Assembly: GCA_013265495.1 (NCBI GenBank)
Contig: MU060042.1
Span: 5,824,258-5,888,257, forward strand
DNA: 64,000 nt
Source of the DNA: Vicugna vicugna
Lineage: Eukaryota
Direction of reading: 5' to 3'
Shown here: positions 49,338-58,280 of the stretch, piece by piece
Numbering within the stretch: the first letter of the stretch is position 1
How the letters are laid out: every line of letters begins with the position of its first letter
The notes under the pieces: generated by a model
Seen by the model: only the letters and a program-made list of their open reading frames with translations
Databases searched by the model: none
What the model was told of the DNA's origin: nothing
Position numbers and translations under genes: made by a program

Positions 49338-51274
49338 GTGTGCCCAGTGACCCGGGGGGACGGTGTTTTCTCACGCTGGTATAGTCCAGCTCTGACGTCA
49401 CGTGTACAGTGGTCGTTTTAAAGGGTGTGCCTTGCCCCTCGTGCGACTTTCGGGAGTGAGGGCCCAGTGGCTGAGGGAGCTCTCGCCTCTTTCTGTGTAA
49501 GGGAGACTCCAACCTGTGGCTCCAGCTGGTCCGCGTTGCTGCCCCGGGGCAGGCGCGCCGGGCACAGGACGCAGCACGCAGGACCCGCAGCCTCGGCCCT
49601 GCTCCCTCTGAACGCCCCCGATCCTCTCTGGGTGTAGATTTCGGAACTGGAGAACAGTCAGAGACACATTTCTGTCCCTGAGACCAGTGCTGCTGTTGCA
49701 ACGATACTGCTAAAGAAGAAGTCCCGGGTGCAGAGGCCCAGAGACGCACTCTGGTAGGATTGGGTGTTCCCAAAGAAGCTCTAAATGTGCCGCGTGCTTT
49801 ATGAAAGCTTGTTTTCACAGCGGGATGGAGGGCGTGCCCAGCGCCCTGAGTGAGCCGGCCTCCCCGCAGGCCCCGGCGTTCCATTTCTGTGCAGGTGACC
49901 AGCAGTTAGAACGTGTCAGTTCCCTGGAGGCGGGACGCCAGCCCACGTTGTTGTGACAAGAGCTCAATCACTCGTCTTCTCCAGGCTCTTCTCCTTCAAG
50001 ACCCCAAACCTGTACTGTTTGTCTTTTTGATGCATCTTTAAAAAGCACGGTAGCGCTAAGGTGCTCAACGAGCTGACCTGATCAAAGTGTTTTTCTTACT
50101 GAAGTGAGAGACACGTTTTGAAGCTTCATGTTGCTTCTGAGCACAGCCCTCTGCGCCCGCTGGCCCAAGCGGTACCTGTGCCGCCTCGGCGGGCGGCGCC
50201 ATGCGGGGCTGCGCTGGGGGCTTCAGACTCAGAGGACGTCGCGCTGGTCTCACCACGCCTACGCTCAGCCAGGGAGAGAAATCAGGAGTTCGAGACAAAC
50301 GAACTGACAGTCGAGCAGCCACGTAGGACGCCTGCCGAGAGCGGCCACAAGGTGCAAGGCGCTCATCCCAGAAATAGCTTATCTGGTGGGTTCCGGGCAG
50401 AAACCTGAGGTCTCAGCAAATTCACGGACTACCTCAGAGGTGGGCAGGGCGCACACCCCGGTGCAACAGGGGAAGGCACGCCAATGTGCAGTAAAATACC
50501 CTTTTTTAACACTTACTTTTTATACTAAGAGTGCATATACTCCAGGCATCGCAGATCTGACTTACTGCTCTAGAAGATCAGCCAGTCCTCTCCCAGGACC
50601 TAAACCTCACCCGCACACATTATCTGTTCGCTGACTGTTTGGTGGATTCACAGGGAAGAAATGAATCAATTAAACAAAGGCCACTTTTCCTTCCCCTTCC
50701 TAAAACCACATGGTTTTCCTCCCTTACAGAGAAGGGTGTGTTGGTAACAACGCCTTGGTGTTCCTCTTTTGGAGGTCAAGTTTGGCTTTGAATTATTAAG
50801 CTTTTCTCATGATGAGTACAGTTACTTCTGGTTTCCTGGGGGTTGCCAGCACGGCAGGAAGCTTAGGGCCTCATCCTTCCTAAATCTGCAGATGACCGAC
50901 TTTACCCTAAATGGTCTGTGGCCTCTTAGGAAAAGCCACCTGCACGTGAGACCCAGGGGTCAGGACTTCAGTGACCCCTGGTCAGCTGAGCCAGCCTGTG
51001 TGGCCCTGAGATAGTTCGGACTTGTAAGCTGTGAATTCAGTTGCCAGTGCGTCGTGGCGTAGTCTTGATGAATGGAACTGCTCACTCTCTGCAGAGACAT
51101 CTGAGTTACAGCTGGACCAACTGTCGAGACAGCCAGCAGATAGCAGTCCTGCGTCCGAGTCCTTGAAGCCTAGACCTTGAGCTGCTAGAACTACTTCACT
51201 ACTTGTATTTTCTGTTGAATATTCTCAGAAAGGTTTTAACTTTTGACGTATATGTTTGTATCCTTATGTAATTA

Positions 51275-52700
51275 AAAAAGTGACAAGGCAAGAAAAGGAA
51301 ATTAAAGGCATAGAAATTGAAAAGGAAGGAATAAAAATGCGTTTGCACATGTCATAATTTTCTATGTAGAAAATCCCAAATGATCCACAAAAAACCATCC
51401 TAGACTAGTAAATTTAGTAAAGTTGCAGGATACAAGGGGAAATATTTTTAATTATTTCTAAGTCTATATAGTAGCAGTGAACAGTTGAGTTTTGTGGTGG
51501 GAGGTAATTAGATTTGTTTATTTTTTTATTGGAGGTACTGGGGATTGAACCCAGGACCTTGTGTGTGCTAGGCGGGCACTCTACCGCTGAGCTGAAGCCT
51601 CCCCTCTGAACAATTAAGGTTTGAAAAAAATCTTAAAACACTTTATAATAGCACAGAAAAGTGAGATACAAGGTACTTGCAGGATCTCTGTGCTGAAACT
51701 ATGAAACCACTGAAAGAAGTCTTTAACAGGTATAAATGCATGTTTGTGGATCAGAAGGCTCAGTGTTGCTGAATGTTGACAAGCTGGTCCTAGAGTTTAT
51801 GTGGAAAGGCAAGGGGACTAGAATGACCGAAACAGTTTCGAAAAAGAGGAACCAAGCTGGAAGACTCACAGTGCCCTGTTCACTGGCAAAGGACAGCACG
51901 TAGGCCAGTGGAGTAGGAGAGAGCCCTGAAACACAGCCTTGGGAGCCAGATCCTTGTCCAGCCTGGCCGGACCCAGGGGAGGGTTCAGACCACTGGTCGC
52001 CCATCAGCAAAAGCAGAACCTCACCCACACCTCAGGTCCCACGCAGAAATCCACCAAAGTGGGCCACAGGCCTAAATGGAAAATGGAAAACTACAAACTC
52101 CCTGGAAAAAATTCAGAAGGAGATGTGCGTGACTTTAGGTTAGGCAGCACGTGTTCAGATGCGCAGTCAGAAGCATGATTCACAAAGGGGAAAACTGATA
52201 AATTGGGCTGTGCCGTAATAATTAAAAACTTTTTTTCTGTGAGTGACACTTAAAAAAATGAAAAAAAACCCACAGACCAGTAGAAAATATTTGCAAGTCA
52301 CACTTTTGACAGAGGACTTGTACCCAGAATATATGAAGAACCCTCAAAACTCAAAAAGAAGACAACCCAAGGTTTTAAATGGGCCAAGACCTGAAGTGAC
52401 ACCACACCAAATGTGACGGCAGTTACCGACTTTGTGGGAAGATGCTCAGCACTGTTTCTCATCGGGGAGTAAGTGCGAGGCACCACGGCTCCTAGAAGCA
52501 CCGGTGCCGGAGCCCTGGGGCCTCCTCGTGCCGCTGGGAGCACAGCCACTTGGAAGATGGTCCACGGACTCCTGTCAAAGTCACACTCACGGCCCGGCCA
52601 TCACACTCAGGAGAACACGTGTTCACACAGAATCACGGCAGCTTGGTCTACCTGCCAGGGCTGAAGCCACCAGGCGCCCTTCCCGCGGCGGGGGTTGGGG
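51275..52700 (+). mobile_element. Old L1 ORF2 to 3' UTR fragment (contains the SINE at 51490)
   Basis: aagaaaaggaaattaaaggcatagaaattgaaaagg; gtagaaaatcccaaa; gaggacttgtacccagaatatatgaagaaccctcaaaactc...aaatgggccaagacctgaa. The 3' part has become GC-rich. Confidence 0.75.
51490..51604 (-). mobile_element. tRNA-Ala-derived SINE (vic-1-like) inserted in an older L1
   Basis: Reverse complement reads GGGGAGGCTTCAGCTCAGCGGTAGAGTGCCCGCCTAGCACACACAAGGTCCTGGGTTCAATCCCCAGTACCTCCAATAAAAAAA. Flanked by a degenerate target-site duplication tgaacagttgag (51478) / tgaacaattaag (51607). Confidence 0.85.
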
Positions 52701-53283
52701 GGCGGGTGCAGCGCTAAGCAGGGTCTGGTTGGCAGACGGAGGAGGAACCACAGGCGAGCCTTCAGTGCACCTGAGCACCAGAGTCCGCGGCCAGTGCGAT
52801 GCCCCCTGGGAAACAGAACTGCGGGAACAGGAACAACAGATGGGTGGCTGCCAGTGACTGGGGGTGAGGGGTGCCTGCAAGGGTGCAGCGTGGGGAAGCT
52901 TGGGGGTGAAGGACGGCCCGTCGGCACCGTGGTGGGAGCGTGACTGCATGTCAGGACCCACAGAACCGCCCACCCAGGAGCTAGGTGCAGACTGTGCTCC
53001 CGGCCCTGACCGCAGACATGGGCCGTGAGTCATGTAACCACACGGGAGGGGGACGGCCCCAGGTGACTTGGGGGAGCATCTGGGAGCCCCCGGGAGGCTG
53101 GAGGCAGAAGGACCCACACGCCAGCCTGGGCGGCAGGTGGTCCATCCCTCACAGGGAAACTGCTGGGGCCCTGGGTCACGGCTGCCCTCCCTGCCTGGGG
53201 GCCTGGGTCTTTCTAGAAGTTGCCCCCAGCGGCTTGAGTGTGCGTTCGGCTCCAGTAACCAAGCTCTTCCACTGTTTCCCCAG

Positions 53284-53341
53284 GGGAGATCCTTATCCTT
53301 TAAGACCTTCCTCGTCTGGGTTTTAATCAGTGTCTACCAAG
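53284..53341 (+). CDS. ATP9B: ATP9B coding exon (approx. 27): GRSLSFKTFLVWVLISVYQ(G)
   Basis: Acceptor ttccccag|ggg and donor caag|gtaaga. Confidence 0.95.
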
Positions 53342-54065
53342 GTAAGACGGGCCTTGCCCTCCTGGACGGAAGGCTTCTTGCCCTCCAGTCGCAGCATCGT
53401 GTTCCCCTCCTGGCTGACGTTCAACAGCTTGGAATGTCATCGGCAGTTGAGCGTTGCCTTCTGCTGATCTCGTAAACCAACCCTCCAGCAGCTGGTCCTG
53501 CCGACCTCTTCACAGGAGACGTGGGTTGGCACCTTCTCCTGGTGCTTGTCACCTAAAAACTGACCTGTTTTTAAATAAATGACAGTCCCCAAAATTTAAT
53601 AAACACTTATCACGCTGTCTGCCCCACACAGTGGCTTGCTTTCTGGTGTGGCAGGAGGACTTGGAGACATCTGAATTACGTAGTCAGAAGCAGTCCGCTG
53701 CGCTCACTCGGTGTCCCAGACAAACCAGAGACTGCTGCTGTGTGACTGGCGGGCGGGCCCACCGGGTCCCACTGAGCGTGTAGCCGCTGCGGTAGTCCAA
53801 GTGCAGGCGTGCTCCCCTCCAGGTGTCAGCGCTCTGAAGCCTCTGTTTGATGTCTCTGGCTGATCCAGCCAGTCCACGTCTGTCCTGTTCCTAATGCAGA
53901 GTTTAAGCACATCACTGACCATGGATGCACGCAGCCCCAGACCCTCAGTGTTGCTGGTGTCAGCTCCCTCCCTGGGCGCCCTCCCGCCACTTGCCCGGTA
54001 ACAGAGTGTCCGCCCAGGTGAAAAGCATGGCTTCAGAAGCCCTGCCCACCCTCGCTGTTTTCCAG

Positions 54066-54269
54066 GCGGCATCCTCATGTATGGGGCCCTGGTGCTCTTC
54101 GAGTCTGAGTTTGTGCACGTCGTGGCCATCTCCTTCACGGCCCTCATCCTCACGGAGCTGCTGATGGTGGCCCTGACCGTCAGGACGTGGCACTGGCTGA
54201 TGGTTGTGGCCCAGTTCCTCAGCCTCGGCTGCTACGTGGCCTCGCTTGCTTTTCTAAATGAATATTTTG
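54066..54269 (+). CDS. ATP9B: ATP9B coding exon (approx. 28): (G)[36 protein letters not shown]...LAFLNEYF
   Basis: Acceptor tttccag|gc and donor ttttg|gtaagt. Hydrophobic transmembrane helices. Confidence 0.96.
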
Positions 54270-55973
54270 GTAAGTTGCCATGGAATTCTTCTTTGAATAA
54301 TTGTCTGTTACTGCTTTCTAAACATTTTCTTGTTATCACTTCTTAAGACATTATCTTAGACTGCGGATCAGAATAAAACCCACATCAGACCTCACAACAC
54401 AGACGCCTATTTTTGTGAAGGACTTAACTTCCTCCAGGGACACGTAAAACTCAGGTTTTCACTCTTGGCTTTAAAATGATACTGAAGTTGTGCTGGTTCT
54501 CCCAAAAGAGCCGTGTTGTTTGTCCCTTTTCCTGATCGAAGCAGCTGAGGCTGCAGGGGAGAGGGACGGAGCCCAGAACCCCAGGGGTCACCCTCCCTGC
54601 CGCCTTGTTTCCCCCAGGCCGTGGGCACCGTGCCTGAGGCTCCACCCTGGGCAGCCCAGCTGCCCGGCAGACCGCGGCGAATTCGGGGCCGTGCGACCAC
54701 GAGGAAGCAGCCTGTCCGCTGTGTGTGCACTGGGCACAGGCTGGCGGCCATGGCCTCCCCCGGCCCTGCAGACGGAGGACAGGGTGGTCAGACTCACTCC
54801 CTGACAGCCGAGGAGTTACCCCAACCTTGCCCCTCAGGGGACCAGCGTCGCCTGTGCCCCTGCAAGACGTGCTCAGCCCCTTCCCAAGACCCACCTCCCC
54901 TGGCCCCCCGCACCTGACCCTGATCAGACCCAGCTCTTCCCCTCCCTCATCAGAGAGGCCATCCTGAGGCAAAGTGGGTAGCTCCCTGTGTTCCGGACAC
55001 CAGCCGTCTAGGGCAGGCGGACTTCCTGGACAGAGAGATGAGCCTCCAGGCCCGTCAGGTAGGGGAAGCCGTGTCCCGTGGTTCTGTGGTCAACGTCATT
55101 GTAACTACAGCCACGGATTATGAACCATCTCCTCCTTCACTCCGGGTTGCTCGTTAGATGGTGTCTGTTCAGGCAAGTTTAACATAGGGATTTATGAATT
55201 TTGTTCCTTTTCCGTAACTTTAACGTTATAAATGGGAGAGACATAAGAGGGTCATTAAAGTAGAAGTTGGGTGAAGAGATGGGGAAAATATTAAAAATGC
55301 ATATTTTTGTGTTAAAAGACACAGTCACCAAAAAAATAGCTCTGGCATGTAAGAAATGGTTATTTTCACATGGTCATCGCTCAGTTATTTTGTTTTAAGG
55401 GTAAACATTTGTTTTCCTGTGTGAACGTGAGTTAGTGTGGTCAGCATGCGAGCGATGCGCCGACCTCGGGGCCTCTCACTTGGGCCCAGGCCCCCACTCC
55501 AGCACCGACGTGTAGGCCTGGAGCCAGAGCCAACAATGGGGTGGGGGTGCAGCGCCACTGTGGGCGGTGGTGTGGACCAGCAACAGAACTGGCCGGAGCT
55601 GGAGGCGTGGGGGTTGCTGCAGGGACACGCTCACGTGTCGAGTTTGGTGTGGGAACCAGGCGGCCAGGAGCCGTGGTATCTCGGTGCCCGGGAGCAAGTG
55701 TGTTTGCATTTGGGGACCAGCTGGAGCTTTCCAGGTGCAGGTCCAAGAGGGAGTGTTGGTGCCCATGCTTTGCAGTCCTGCTGGGGTAGCGGCCGGTCCA
55801 GTTGTGCTCAGAAGGTGTGTGTGACCCACACTGGGCCCGCGCCGCGGTGACGGTGCCTCCCCTGCTGTGGTTCCTGTGATCGTGTCTGTCTGTCCTCACC
55901 AGCCGGGCGCCTGAAATGTCTGACCCCCCCCCAGCCTGCCCTGTGCGGTCTGTTCCTGTTTTGTTTCCGAGAG

Positions 55974-56006
55974 GGGGGAGGCAGGGGTCTCTGGGCGCTT
56001 TCTTAG
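55974..56006 (+). other. ATP9B: Decayed remnant of the 33-nt alternative ATP9B micro-exon (pseudo-exon)
   Basis: Pyrimidine tract tgttcctgttttgtttcc, then gag|. The next 33 nt read (G)GRQGSLGAFL in phase 1, versus (G)IGRVSFGAFL recalled for human/mouse. They are followed by ctgcgc instead of a GT donor. Confidence 0.65.
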
Positions 56007-56672
56007 CTGCGCGCAGGGGCCCCTTCTCCCCGGAGTGTGGAAGTCTGGCAGAGCTCGCGTGACGGACGAAATCACCGTCTCTCCTGCCGTTTGCCGTGGG
56101 CTCTTCCCACAGCGGCAGCCCGGAGGCCCTGGGCCCCGTTTGGTTCTGCGGCCCCTTGGGGTGGGGGTGGGAGTGGGGGGTTGCTGGGCATCCAGTGTCC
56201 TCCAGGTGTCGTCCCCACGACACTTTGCCCTTGAAGTTTTAGGCTCGAGCCATTGGAAGACACTTGGAGGGTTTAAGTGCAGCCCATGCCCTGCGTGTCT
56301 GAGCCCACGACTCCTGCCAGGTTGGGATCCTCGGGTCAGGATCAGACGCTGGGTCAGCTTTTCTTGGGGCTCCTCCCACTGTGAGGGTTAGATTGGCCTG
56401 TTGCATGGAGAACAGAGATCTGCCCCAGGGGCACTTTGAGGGCGACTGGAGAACGCGTCCCCTGTGATGGCAATGTGGCACGTGCACCTCAGGAGGACGT
56501 GGGTGGCCTGGACAGTGTGAATGAGCCACAGAGGCCACGCCCCGTGGTGTGACCTCGGGGACCAGCCCCACGAGCTGTGTGGTGTCTGCCCTGAATAGCC
56601 AGCAAATAGCGTTTGGTGTGAGTACTTTGGTTTCATGTGTCTTAATCTAATTGTTTTATTTCATTATATACC

Positions 56673-56733
56673 AAAGGAATTCATTGTTACATTAAAGGAA
56701 TTCATTGTCGTATTAAAGGAATCAGTTGTACGT
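56673..56733 (+). repeat. 21-bp tandem repeat, about 3 units
   Basis: aaaggaattcattgttacatt / aaaggaattcattgtcgtatt / aaaggaatcagttgtacgt at 56673, 56694 and 56715. Confidence 0.85.
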
Positions 56734-56844
56734 GGCATCCAGGGAAGGCGGTGCCTCCGTGGGGCCCTGTGGTCAGGGCGCAGGAGAGAGCCCCTGGCCA
56801 CGGCCCTCCGCCGCCTCTCACACTGTCCCGGGTTCTCTCTGCAG

Positions 56845-56981
56845 ACGTGGCCTTCATCACAACCGTGACCTTCGTGTGGAAAGTGTCGGCGATCACGGTC
56901 GTCAGCTGTCTTCCGCTCTACACCCTCAAGTTCCTGCGGCGGAAGCTGTCCCCTCCCAGCTACTCCAAGCTCACCTCCTAG
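56845..56981 (+). CDS. ATP9B: ATP9B last coding exon: (D)[44 protein letters not shown]
   Basis: Acceptor ctgcag|ac; TAG at 56979-56981. The phase joins directly to the exon ending at 54269. Confidence 0.96.
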
Positions 56982-57216
56982 GGCCGCGCTGCCCGCCCGG
57001 CTCAGTGGACGCTCGGGGTGCAGGGCCACTGAGTGGGTCGGGAGGGCGGCCTGGAGGAGCGGGCACCTGGACGACATGCCTTATCTGCTGGGCGCAGGTT
57101 TCCCTTCCTTCCTTCCTTCTTGTTTTCCAGAATTTAATTTCCAAATCGAAAATGAGCCCTCATTATTTCACCTTTACTGTAAAGCACTGATCTGACTCTG
57201 GTGTCCGGAGGAGTGA

Positions 57217-57222
57217 ATTAAA
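57217..57222 (+). terminator. Probable ATP9B polyadenylation signal (ATTAAA)
   Basis: ATTAAA about 235 nt after the stop codon, followed by a U-rich element (gttcacgttctttctttgatgt, ~57252-57272). I saw no AATAAA further downstream in the window. Confidence 0.6.
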
Positions 57223-57289
57223 GTTTGCTTAACACTCCGCAGTTCCCCGGGGTTCACGTTCTTTCTTTGATGTCATAACAGGGGAAGCC

Positions 57290-58280
57290 GTCCTGCGCAA
57301 CTGGCATGAAACCTCGAGGCTGTGAAGGCGGGTGTGCTGCTCCCGATGGGCGCTCTGCGCGCACAGGGCCTCGGGCGGAGCCCAACACCTGTCCCCTTGG
57401 TGTTTGTCAAGTCGCCGAAGCCCCGGCCAGGTCCCGCCTGGACGCCGCCGCCCGGTGCCGCGCTGGCCTGCGGGCGAAGCGCCTGGTCCTCCAGGCTGAC
57501 CCGGCCTCCCCGGGCGGCGGCGTCCTTTGTTACATGGGCTCCCGGCCGGGGGCGGCGCTGCGACCTGGCCTGACCAGCGAGGGTCTCCGCCCCAGGGCGG
57601 CTCCGGGATCCGGCCCTGCTCCCCTTCCCGGGCCGGCCCGCGCCCGCGACCGCCCCCGGCGGCTCCGGGCACCCTCCCGCGGCCGGTCCCCCGCTCCCCA
57701 CAAGGCGGCGCTGTTCCCGCTCCTCGGAGCCGCCGGGTTTCTCCGCCTCCTGTGATGGCAGCCCCGCGGGTCGCTCGCTGGTCACTGGTCAGCGTGGACC
57801 TGGATTCACCGGAGCTGCTGATGCTCCGGCCCCGGGAGGGCAGCTGGAGGGACGTGAGGGCAGAGAGGTGACAGGTGAGGCCAGAAAGGCAGCAGGTGAA
57901 GGGGGCCCACGGGCTGTGCGCCCGAGTGCCCTGAGAGGAGGGAGAGCTAGCGCAGCGGGGCCTCCGCGGGAAGAAGGGCCCTCACGGAGGGTCTGGCTTC
58001 GTGGACGGCCGGTGGGCGGCGCTCACCTGCGGGGCTGGACTGGTGGTCAGGACACGCGTGGAGGCACCTGGGCGGGGTGTCTGGGGTCGGCAGGCCGGTG
58101 GGTTGGGCGCAGGTTCTCAGGAGCGGGAAGGGGTGCGAGCATTTGCGGGAGAGGTGAGTGCCCTTCGGCGGATGTCACGTGAAGCCAGTCGCTGGCGGGC
58201 GGCGCGTTCCTGGGAGAGGGCGGTGGGTGGGCGGGTGGACATGCGAGTGGGTAGTGGGTGGGAGGCTCTTCTGTTCCCCT
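57290..58280. promoter_or_regulatory. CpG island immediately downstream of the ATP9B 3' end
   Basis: Very dense CpG, GC-box-like and CGCG runs (core ~57410-57780); no coding similarity. Confidence 0.7.
57695..57713 (+). promoter_or_regulatory. CTCF-like motif TCCCCACAAGGCGGCGCTG
   Basis: Visual match to the core CTCF consensus CCACCAGGGGGCGC, with two core mismatches; not scored with a PWM. Confidence 0.4.

Larger units (their letters stand above)
9573..56981 (+). other. ATP9B: ATP9B gene, 3' part (17 coding exons; 5' part lies upstream of the window)
   Basis: Hand-spliced exon lengths 143+113+249+162+93+84+171+99+90+145+65+156+65+109+58+204+137 = 2143 nt give one frame with consistent phases. 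All introns are GT-AG. P-type ATPase motifs DKTGT, TGDK and GDGGND are present, and the C-terminus [11 protein letters not shown] is typical of ATP9A/B. The insert THSQLGGNTTSSTPPRKAQSSAPKVRKSVSSR matches ATP9B rather than ATP9A. Confidence 0.97.

Noticed and set aside
56673-56733. CRISPR-like or other prokaryotic repeat array
   Set aside because: Head-to-tail units with no unique spacers, in a mammalian intron; no cas genes or operon structure anywhere in the window.
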